NCBI GenBank assembly: GCA_965249485.1
Contig: OZ252239.1
Span: 736,001-800,000, forward strand
DNA: 64,000 nucleotides
Direction of reading: 5' to 3'
Origin: a bacterium
Lineage (GTDB): Bacteria > SM23-31
The translations under genes and the position numbers were made by a program. Below the pieces are notes generated by a model. The model was not told the DNA's origin. It searched no databases and saw only the letters and a program-made list of their open reading frames with translations. Below are positions 51,609-60,383 of the stretch, piece by piece (the first letter of the stretch is position 1; the number at the start of each line of letters is the position of its first letter).

Positions 51609-52745
51609 CTAATTAAACTGTTTATTAAAGATTGGCAGAATCTGCAGACCTTTCGGGTTGCTTGCAATGTAGTTCAGGAGACCGATCTGAAGGCCGTCAA
51701 CGCTGTCGGCATAATTAAAAATACCAAGCGTTACACCGTTGACGAGTCCCTGAATATAATTAACCGCACTCACAGAAAACCCTTCCATAACACCATTGTA
51801 TTCCGGATTGCGGATAGTAACAAACAAGACAGATGCGGCTGCCCCTTTGATATGCCTGCCGCTTCCGACACCGATACCAGCAGCGCTGAGACCGGAAAGT
51901 TTATTTCCGGCGCCGACGAATAATCCGCCAAGACTGATACCGGTAATATCGTTTCCGGCACCAACAAAGAATCCTGAGTTGGCAAAACCGAGGATGTCGT
52001 TGCCTGCTCCAGTTGCAAATCATGATATTGCAATGCCTGTTAAATCGTTTCCGCTCCCGATAGCGAACCCGGCAGTACCGTATCCCTTAAAATCGTTACC
52101 ACTTCCAGCCGCAAATCCGGCAAGTGCAATTCCCTGAAAATCGCTTCCGCTGCCGGCAGCAAATCCCGCTAGCGCGACTCCCTCAAATAATTTTCCGCTT
52201 CCAACAGCAAACGGGGAAATTCCTAAGCCTCTAAAATTATTGCCACTCCCGGTCGCTAACAGTGCACTTGATATTCCCGTAAACTGTTCTTCGGCTCCGC
52301 TTGCCAGCAAACCAAGTCCGATTCCGGTAAACCGCTCAGGTTGTTCAAGACCGATAACATTCAGCATGAGTCCTGACACGTCCTGGCCGCGCGTTCCGAC
52401 ACCACCGACGGTTATTCCCTTGATAATTCCTGCGTCCGGTGCCCAGATTCCTATCGCACCGCCTTTAATAATTGCATCTTCATTTTTTTTCGGCTTCCAG
52501 AGTGTAATATTCAGACCGGTCATCCGTTCGAGGCCATTATCACGGTAGTTGATTCGGAGTCCCGTGAATCGCAGTGAATTGCCGAAGCTAACCCCTTTAC
52601 CGTTTACACCGATATCGACACTCTGCGAAGAGTCCTGCTCCTGTGCGTTTAAATTATCAGAGAAGGTAATATAACTCAATATAAACAAAGCAAGAATTAT
52701 TACTGGTCGATTCACGATTACGGCTCCAATTTGATTTTTGATCAA
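51609..52745 (-). pseudogene. Secreted Gly-rich 16-aa repeat protein (LA_2272-like surface repeat) with one in-frame TGA
   Basis: ORFs 52020-52745 and 51609-51827 are in one frame; TGA at 52020-52022 sits at a conserved repeat Gly; C-terminal GLQIGLLN. Confidence 0.7.
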
Positions 52746-52880
52746 TCATATGTGAGACGCGGCATAATACATCATTCGTATTGATGAACGCTCTTAAACA
52801 GTTAATGTAATAGTTATCTATTGTAAATTCAATAATATTGTTGCCCCAATATAATTCATTGACGTAACAAATATATTACG

Positions 52881-52942
52881 GTGTCATTTCAAAGCGAAGT
52901 CCCGACTATATCACTATAATCAGGAATAAAGTGGCGTGATCT
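52881..52942 (+). repeat. Degenerate REP-like intergenic element (type A)
   Basis: GTGTCATTTCAAAGCGAAGTCCCGACTAT...AAAGTGGCGTGATCT, similar to 18235-18288. Confidence 0.5.
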
Positions 52943-52969
52943 TATTTTTTGAAAGTACGTTTTGAATTT

Positions 52970-54958
52970 TTACTTCGGCATTAAATATTTTCCCATCCAT
53001 GCCTCTTCCTCCCGGTCGAGATGAAGCCGGTGGCGTGGTTCATCGACACCGTGGCCTTCACGCGGAAACCGAAGAAATTCTGTCGTTTTTCCCATTTTTT
53101 TCAGAAACCGGTAATACTGTTCTCCCTGAGTGATAGGAACGCGGCGATCTTCTTCACCGTGAACAACGAGGAGCGGAGTAGTAACGTTTTGAGCATATCG
53201 TGCTGCAGACATTCTGTCATAATTCTCCGGGTCATCCCACGGCTGGACACCGAACATATTGTCGAAATAGTGGAAAATGTCCGTCTGACCATAAAATGGA
53301 AAGAGATCGGCAATGGCGGCACTGCCAATCGCAGCTTTGAACCGGTTGGTTTGGCTGATTGCCCAGAAGGTCATATAACCGCCGTAGCTGCCACCCATGA
53401 TCCCGAGCCGCTCCTGATCTGCAATACCCATCTCGATTATAGTATCCACACCGTTCATCAAGTCGATGAAATCGTTCACACCCCAGTCATTATAAACACC
53501 TGCGCCATATTCAAAGGTATGGCCCGAACTGCCCCGCGGATTTGCACGGAGTACTGCGTATCCACGGGCCGCCCACTTTTGTGCTTCGGCCGTATAAGTA
53601 TTGTAATAGGCACCATATGGCCCACCGTGCACATCGAGGATAAAAGGATACCGTTTCCGCTCTTTATAATCGATCGGATAGATAAGCATACCCTCGATAT
53701 CCCAATCATTTGCCCCTTTCCAGTAGACAACTTCCTGACGTGAAACTTCGTATGCTTCCATGTGGTTTGTCGGGCTAAGAATGTTTCTGGTCCGCCTGCC
53801 TCTCCTGTCGGTCAGGAAAACCTCGCCAGGTTCGGAAGCAGAGCTTCCCGTAAAGAGGATCGATATTCCGTCTTCAGACAGGGTGTAGGACCCGGTAACA
53901 TACTCGTCACCCGAAATAACAAGTTCACGTTCGCCGCCATTCACCGGGGAGCGGTAGATCTGCCGTGTCGGTGCCCGCTGGACAGAATAGTAAACGTAAT
54001 CGTTGTCTTTAGACCACTGTACATTCGAAACCGAATAGTCAAGATCGGCGGTCAGGTTGACCGGACTGCCGCCGCTAGCCGGAATGACCATTACCTGTTG
54101 CTGTATATACATGATGTTTTCGTGTAAACTTGCGGTATATGCGATCCATTCTCCGTCCGGCGACCATGCAGGACTGCCGTCAGGTCCTGTGTTGAAAGTC
54201 AACTGCCGCACTTCACCGGAATCAGCGGAAACGATCCAGATGTTACTGTTATCGCTATGATTGGGCAGGTTGGTACGTGTCCCGGTACGGTTTGAGCTGA
54301 ATGCAATCCACTCTCCGTCCGGTGACCATGCGAGTCCATTATTGTTATAATCACCTTCTGTGATTTTCTTGCTCTCTTTTGCCTCGATATTATAGACCCA
54401 GATATGTGTGAACTGTTCATCCTGCTCCCAATAGTAACCGTCGTTTTTCAACACGACCTTCTTTTCCCACTCCTCTTTATCGGGACGTTCAGACTGTTTG
54501 GTATATGCGATTTTGGTATAATCGGGTGAGAAGACCCCGTTTGCCGGGGCGTCTTCATCGTTAAAAAATAGTTGCCCTTCACCGCCGCGGGTCGAAATGA
54601 CATACACCTTTTCATCGCCGTCCCGTTCGGAGTTGAACAGGAGCCGCCCGTCCGGCAGCCACCGGGGGTTTTCCTCTCCGGCATCGGAGTAGGTGAGTTG
54701 CCATGTCTCGCCGCCACCCACCTCATAGAGCCATATGTGCGATGTAGATTCAAAATCCGACGTGTCGAGTGTTGTCTTCGTGAACGCAGTGAGCGATCCG
54801 TCGTGCGACAGAGCGTACCCGCCCCAGTTAGGCATCGTCAATTCCTCAAGCGCCGTCATTTTCTTCTTGCCCATCTCCTGAGCGGCCGTGCTGCTTGTCA
54901 GTATTGTAATGCAAAAAAGGCTCACAAGTACAATCAGATATTTATTCATTCTCATCAT
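52970..54958 (-). CDS. S9 family (acylaminoacyl/prolyl oligo) peptidase with WD40-like propeller
   Basis: Signal peptide, WSPDG repeats, HGGP, NPRGS, GGSYGG, D.RV, EGHG. Confidence 0.93.
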   Translation of the reverse strand: MMRMNKYLIVLVSLFCITILTSSTAAQEMGKKKMTALEELTMPNWGGYALSHDGSLTAFTKTTLDTSDFESTSHIWLYEVGGGETWQLTYSDAGEENPRWLPDGRLLFNSERDGDEKVYVISTRGGEGQLFFNDEDAPANGVFSPDYTKIAYTKQSERPDKEEWEKKVVLKNDGYYWEQDEQFTHIWVYNIEAKESKKITEGDYNNNGLAWSPDGEWIAFSSNRTGTRTNLPNHSDNSNIWIVSADSGEVRQLTFNTGPDGSPAWSPDGEWIAYTASLHENIMYIQQQVMVIPASGGSPVNLTADLDYSVSNVQWSKDNDYVYYSVQRAPTRQIYRSPVNGGERELVISGDEYVTGSYTLSEDGISILFTGSSASEPGEVFLTDRRGRRTRNILSPTNHMEAYEVSRQEVVYWKGANDWDIEGMLIYPIDYKERKRYPFILDVHGGPYGAYYNTYTAEAQKWAARGYAVLRANPRGSSGHTFEYGAGVYNDWGVNDFIDLMNGVDTIIEMGIADQERLGIMGGSYGGYMTFWAISQTNRFKAAIGSAAIADLFPFYGQTDIFHYFDNMFGVQPWDDPENYDRMSAARYAQNVTTPLLVVHGEEDRRVPITQGEQYYRFLKKMGKTTEFLRFPREGHGVDEPRHRLHLDREEEAWMGKYLMPK

Positions 54959-55004
54959 TATTAATTCTTCCCATTTATAAAATTATTTATAGTTTGTACA
55001 ACAC

Positions 55005-56186
55005 TTACGTCGTGTTTCGTAATCTATCAATATTTTCCAGAGCTAATTTTCCGGTTTCTCCATCTGAATCTAATGCAACAACTTTTTTATATTTTTTCAA
55101 TGCTTCTTTAATTTTTCCTAATTTTTCTAATGCAATACTCCAATTATAATAAGCTTTAACGTACTGTGGATCAAGCTCAATGGCTTTTATATATTTTTCA
55201 ATGGTTTCATCATGCCTACCTAGATTACCCAGAGCAACACCCCAGTTATTATAGGCTTTGACATCCTGAGGATCAGTTTCAGTAACTTTTTTATATTTTT
55301 CAATTGCTTCATCATATCTACCTTGATTACCCAGTGTAACACCCCAATTATAAAGTGGTAAACAATAATTTGGATCCATATTCGCTGACATTTCAAACTG
55401 TTCAGTAGCCTTCGAAAGCACTCCTGCTTCAGATAACATTATACCATAACTGTTTCGAATTGTAGGATGTGGATATAATGCAAGAGCAGTAGAATATTTT
55501 CCTTCTGCAATCGTAAATTGCTTTTCTGTCGCATGTTTGACCGCTTCATGCGCAAGTTGAAAAGCAAGTACTTGCTTTTCATTTTCTTTTTGGTCTAATT
55601 CACTTTTAAGTGTATCAATTTTTCTTTTGTAATCGTCAAGTTTTTCTAATTTATACACAGTAGGTTCTATACCATCAATCCACGTGCAGAGATCCTTTTC
55701 AAAAAGTTCTATCCAATGCTGTTCAGATTCATATGCACGGTATAGATAATTTTTTTCTATCTCTAATTTATTTCTGAACTCAAGCACTTGCTTTAATTGT
55801 TCGCCCGGATCTGCCATCATGTCGTCCGGTGTTTTTCGAAAATAAAACCATATATCTATTCCTGCCTTTTTCGCAACTTCATATTCCTCTTCAAATCCGG
55901 ATGTGTATTTGCCTGATTTACTCGGTTTGGATCCCCATCTTTTCCATAACAGCATCACTGCTAAATCGCATGATTTTAAATCTTTATTTATGAGTTTTTG
56001 CGGCCTTCCCTTTCCCAATAGAGTATCTTCCCATCCGACAGGTTCCAATAGCAGGCTAATTGATTTTGCCTTAATATCATTAATTTTGTCTACAATGTTT
56101 CCGAATTGTTTTCGCTCGGGATTCAAATCGTTAGGAGATCCAATGAAGATTCTTTTTCTTTCAAAATATATTGTTGATTTCGGCAT
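55005..56186 (-). CDS. DUF4062 (TIR/NDT-like) domain + coiled coil + TPR repeat protein
   Basis: IFIGSP.DL..ER, WE, Q..IN, CD..V..LW.RWG, SG.EEE; C-terminal 34-aa repeats (YNWG..L...GR..EAI..Y). Confidence 0.8.
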   Translation of the reverse strand: MPKSTIYFERKRIFIGSPNDLNPERKQFGNIVDKINDIKAKSISLLLEPVGWEDTLLGKGRPQKLINKDLKSCDLAVMLLWKRWGSKPSKSGKYTSGFEEEYEVAKKAGIDIWFYFRKTPDDMMADPGEQLKQVLEFRNKLEIEKNYLYRAYESEQHWIELFEKDLCTWIDGIEPTVYKLEKLDDYKRKIDTLKSELDQKENEKQVLAFQLAHEAVKHATEKQFTIAEGKYSTALALYPHPTIRNSYGIMLSEAGVLSKATEQFEMSANMDPNYCLPLYNWGVTLGNQGRYDEAIEKYKKVTETDPQDVKAYNNWGVALGNLGRHDETIEKYIKAIELDPQYVKAYYNWSIALEKLGKIKEALKKYKKVVALDSDGETGKLALENIDRLRNTT

Positions 56187-56250
56187 TTAAATTTTCCTTT
56201 GCCGTTGTGCAACCGGCATTTTTATAAGCAATATTGTGATCTACTAAAAA

Positions 56251-56492
56251 CTATTTCAAATATATCTCCAACCAAGCAGCCTGTTCCTTATCATTGATAA
56301 TCCTATGGAATGGTTCACGGATGCCCTGTCCTTCCAACGGAAACCGGATAAATTTGACCGTTTTGCCGTGTTTTTCAAAGCTGTGTAGTACTCAATCGCC
56401 TGCGATACCGGCACAACAGGGTCGTCATCGCTGTTGATAATGAGCAGGGGAGTGGTCACGTTCGAAATAAGATTCACCGGAGAATATTTATC
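56251..56492 (-). pseudogene. C-terminal remnant of an S9 peptidase paralog
   Basis: SP....NVTTPLLII...D..VP.SQ..EYY.ALK, a frameshift, then GKTVKFIRFP.EGQGI.EP.HR...W...YL*; no N-terminal part. Confidence 0.8.
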
Positions 56493-56743
56493 TTACAAAT
56501 TGAATGCACAAATATAATGAATAATAAAAGGTGAAACAACATTCATAATACAAAAATATTTTATTCACCTTATCCTTACTTATTGGTAGTTTGGCGTGTG
56601 TGCATATTGGAAAAAGATTGGATAATTCTCCTCTGTACCCTCACTTTAAAAAAAGTTTTTGCATTTATGCTTCTTTCTGATTACATTTTTTTTTCAAACC
56701 CACCCTTTGTAACGTAACCCGCCGTGAGCTTTGGAGGTAGATA

Positions 56744-57824
56744 ATGGCTTTGCAGAATTCAGAAGAACAAGCTGCAAAAACTGAAGAAAAAACTGCTCAG
56801 GATGTCCTGTATATAGGACTCGATCTTGGCACATCACAAAGTGCAGTAGCAACCAACACCGGAATTCTGGTTAACACTGCCAGTGTTGTTGGATGGCCAA
56901 AAGACCTGATATCTTACAAACTGCATCAGAAAGCAGTCCTGTTTGGTGACGAATGTGTACGAAACCGAATGTCGGTAGATGTTTTTTATCCGCTTGAGAA
57001 AGGTGTCATTTCCACATCGTCCAAGGGGAAAAAAACTGACGATTCCGAACGGAAAGATACTGCACCTGGTGAGTTTATTCGGCATATGATAACGCTTGCT
57101 GAACCGAATCAAAATCAGCAGAAATTTCTTGTTGTCGGTGTGCCTGCGGAAGCTTCTGTTGAGGATAAACAGGCCATTATCAATACCGCTGCTGGTCTGG
57201 TTGATTCTGTTCTTGTTGTTTCTCAGCCATTCCTCGTCGCGTACGGTCTCGGTTTGTACGGTTTCTCACTTGTTGTCGATATCGGTGCCGGAACGACCGA
57301 TATTTGCCGCATGCACGGAACAATACCTGAAGAATCCGATCAGAAAACCTCATTCAAAGCGGGTACTCACATCGATTCACTCCTATTTGATCTCCTCAGA
57401 TCAAAATATCCGAAAGCCAACATCACAAAAATGATGGCGCAGCATTTTAAAGAGAAATATGCGTTTGTCGGCAATATTAATGAACAGATTTCGGTTGAGC
57501 TCAACATTGGTGGAAAAAACAGGACACTACGATATTACAAAAGAAGTAAAAGATGCGTGTGAGAATATTGTACCTGACATTGTGGCGACGCTCAGGCACC
57601 TGGTATCAAGTTTCGATCCTGAATTTCAGGATGAGCTCAGAAATAATGTGCTCTTTGCGGGATGCGGAAGCAGAATTCGCGGACTTTCTCAGTTGGTAGC
57701 ATCAGAGCTTGCTGATCTTGGACCGATTAACACCCAAATCGTTGAAGACCCGGTTTATGCCGGCGCTTTCGGAGCGCTCCGGATTGGCCAGGACATGCCC
57801 CTCAGTGAATGGAAACATATGTAG
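56744..57824 (+). CDS. MamK-like bacterial actin (about 359 aa), interrupted by a +1 A in the run at 57514-57519 (pseudogene or assembly error)
   Basis: GLDLGTS, SVVGWPKD, YPLEKGV, GVPA.AS, VVSQPF.V.YG, VDIGAGTTDIC.M.GT.P, KE...FVG, AG.GSRIRGL, DP...G..GAL...P...W; GGAGGT RBS. Confidence 0.85.
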
Positions 57825-57906
57825 AACTAGATGATTATGATCGTCTTATAAAAAGATTTTCAGCACGATTGGCTATTAGTAATAAGAGTAGAGTTGAGAA
57901 AATTCC

Positions 57907-58110
57907 CTAACTCACTTCAAAAAACTGACTCTCATCACCGTCGGGGGAGATGTTGAGCGTTACTTTCTTAGCGCATTTCGGATACCAACCCACAAATGCA
58001 TTGCGTTGTTTATTAAGGTAAATCCGGCTGTACACATTACAGCACTTGAAATGGATACCAACAAATGGCCGGGATTCGGATTTTTCTTTGTTACTGTCGT
58101 GTTGTGTCAT
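57907..58110 (-). CDS. Small Cys-containing (Zn-ribbon-like) hypothetical protein
   Basis: RPFVGIHFKCCNVYSRIY.N...GW(Y)PKC...RFF-like pattern; ATGA overlap with the macrodomain gene. Confidence 0.7.
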   Translation of the reverse strand: MTQHDSNKEKSESRPFVGIHFKCCNVYSRIYLNKQRNAFVGWYPKCAKKVTLNISPDGDESQFFEVS

Positions 58111-58637
58111 GCCGAAAAAGTCCTCCGCAGTTCGTTTTCGAACACAGTAAAACTTTCATTTCCGAAAAGAACAAACCGGATCGTTTTAAGGTGTTTTGAT
58201 TCGGTCAGAAATGTTATGGATTCATTGAGCATAATCTGAGCACACAAATGTATCAGAAGTCCACCGACACCGGTACTTATTGCTGGGAAGGCAATCGATT
58301 CGAGTCGGTTCTCTTCAGCAAGCCGCAAGCTTGCCTTTGTAGTCTTCCGAACTTTTTCTTCGTCAGTCTTCAGGTCTTGACCCATACCAGCGGCATGGAT
58401 AACATGTCGGGCAGTCAGCGTCCCCCCCGACGTGATAACAGCACCGCCGACTTCGACCGGCCCCTGTTTGACCGCTTCAGTCTCGATTATCTGGCCGCCT
58501 TTTTTCTTGATCGCACCTGCAACTCCTGAACCCATCCAAAAATGGTTATTTGCAGCATTGACGACAGCATCGACATCCTGTTCTGTAATATCGCCTTCAA
58601 CGACCTCAACCGATCCATGACCAATAGTTACTTTCAT
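58107..58637 (-). CDS. Macrodomain protein (YmdB-like ADP-ribose-binding/hydrolase)
   Basis: GDIT, DAVVNAAN, G.GVAGAI, VIHA, AFPAISTG. Confidence 0.92.
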   Translation of the reverse strand: MKVTIGHGSVEVVEGDITEQDVDAVVNAANNHFWMGSGVAGAIKKKGGQIIETEAVKQGPVEVGGAVITSGGTLTARHVIHAAGMGQDLKTDEEKVRKTTKASLRLAEENRLESIAFPAISTGVGGLLIHLCAQIMLNESITFLTESKHLKTIRFVLFGNESFTVFENELRRTFSA

Positions 58638-58937
58638 ATTTCCCTACCTGTATAATGTGAACCCAGCTCGAAACAAATGGGAGAGACTTAGTTTTTGCAT
58701 ACAGATCACAAAAATTAAATAAAAAATCATAAAAAGACAAAAGAAAAGGTTATAGAGTCTAATAATATTCTCAAGATAAAGTGTTCGCAAGCTCACCGTG
58801 CGTCACATCAACCTCATTTTAACTTGATTTTATATGATATGCATGTTATCTTCTAATCTAGTTAGCACGTCTAAAAGTATATAAAAACAACATCCTGTAC
58901 AGGGTCATGAATGGAAGTACATTCCGGTTGAGATCAT

Positions 58938-60185
58938 ATGGAAACAAAAAAATTATTTAATTGGGAAGTTGAAAAAAAGATTAAAGAGCTTGAAGGCGGC
59001 CTCCAGTTTAAGGAGGTCACTATGGTCGATCTGCAGGAGTTTGTACTTCAACACAATTACTATAATGGGGAGAACGATGAGGTCTTTGTCTACCTCTGCA
59101 ATGCATACTTCGATCGGTCAGAACAGGATAAAGCGGAAGAAGTTTTCGCGAAAATTTTTGAGAAATGGAAAATTGTCAGCAACAAATTTCCTCAAAACAT
59201 ACTGAAACTGAAGCATCTCGCCGATCTGATTATCAGTAAAATTAAATATGTTCCGGACAAAATGGTCGAGCACTTTAAACATCAGAATGAACAGGAATTG
59301 TCCCTGTTGATAGGGTATTGTATCGACCGGTATGTCACGTATGAAAGAGCAGAACTGCTCGGCCCGTTTCTCCAAAAACTACCTTACAAAGGAGATGATC
59401 CGCAGACGCTCTTTAACCTGATCAACGCTACTGTCGAAATCAATTCCGATCTGGTCGATGATTATCTGAAACTGGCGCTGAAAGCAATAAAAGATCCGAT
59501 TTCATTCCTGAATAACATCCAGTTCACATCGGAACTGTTCAGCGTTGTCCATCCTGACACACTGAAAGAGATCCTCGATTTGCCGGGTATCAATACGAAA
59601 TTCCATCAGTTTATCAAATTTGAATCCTTTATGGAATCGCTCGATAAAATTCCGTCGCTCGATGCACCGTTTTTTATTAAAATTTCGAACCAGCTCTACG
59701 AAAAAAACACCACTCTGGCGATCCAGTATGGCTTGCGTGCTATCAAAAAATCTGATTTTCAATTGAGCGAACATCTTAAGGAAATTAAATGCGCATGTGA
59801 AAACGATCCGCCTGAACAACCTTCTATTGCGGAGCAGATTATGCTCACCGCTCTCAAAGATGGAAATGCAAAAAAAATCTGGCTTGTTGTTAATAACAGC
59901 TATTTTGTTAATGCCACGAACATCACACAGTATGATGCAGCATTGAAGTACACCGCGGCCGCCGTGAAAATCAGCAAAGCGAACTCCGATATGATCTCAC
60001 AACATATCCAGTTTCTCATGCGCCGAATGCGGTCGGTCGATGGTCCGGAAGGTATCCTCGAAAGGGACAGGTATAAACACAAAGCAGAGAATTCACAGTT
60101 CAGCCGCCAGATAGATATGTTCAGAGTCCTCTACCAGAAAAAAATCAGGAAAGAAATTTCTGATTTAAAGCACGTATACCTGTAA
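58938..60185 (+). CDS. Hypothetical all-helical protein (possible degenerate TPR/solenoid)
   Basis: 415-aa ORF, host-like codon usage, no signal peptide or TM, TPR-like helices. Confidence 0.6.
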   Translation: METKKLFNWEVEKKIKELEGGLQFKEVTMVDLQEFVLQHNYYNGENDEVFVYLCNAYFDRSEQDKAEEVFAKIFEKWKIVSNKFPQNILKLKHLADLIISKIKYVPDKMVEHFKHQNEQELSLLIGYCIDRYVTYERAELLGPFLQKLPYKGDDPQTLFNLINATVEINSDLVDDYLKLALKAIKDPISFLNNIQFTSELFSVVHPDTLKEILDLPGINTKFHQFIKFESFMESLDKIPSLDAPFFIKISNQLYEKNTTLAIQYGLRAIKKSDFQLSEHLKEIKCACENDPPEQPSIAEQIMLTALKDGNAKKIWLVVNNSYFVNATNITQYDAALKYTAAAVKISKANSDMISQHIQFLMRRMRSVDGPEGILERDRYKHKAENSQFSRQIDMFRVLYQKKIRKEISDLKHVYL

Positions 60186-60383
60186 CCGGCTTCTTGGAGC
60201 AAGACCGGATGAAAAACGATAGTTATATAAGCATCATTTTACGCAACCTGTTCATCAGATCCATTGCAATTTAGTATCTCCCTATACAAGGGTACAGCAG
60301 ACTTTTTTCGTACACCAATCAACAACAATAATACTCACAGAATGCCCCGATCTAATCTATGCGGATTGTACATCCCTTGAAAG

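Noticed and set aside
40143..52022. Stop-codon reassignment or selenocysteine to explain the in-frame TGAs
   Set aside because: The TGAs replace different expected residues (Trp in the cusA remnant, Gly in the repeat protein), a TAG also interrupts one gene, and intact genes such as tig, engB and tetR end in TGA.
51850..52330. CRISPR-like periodicity (48-nt period)
   Set aside because: The periodicity comes from a protein repeat with codon-level divergence; there are no identical repeats with unique spacers and no cas genes.
50876..60185. Magnetosome gene cluster (bfr, MamK-like gene, TPR proteins as MamA)
   Set aside because: No CDF transporter, magnetochrome CxxCH, HtrA/PDZ or LemA-like gene is present, and the TPR protein carries a DUF4062 domain unlike MamA.
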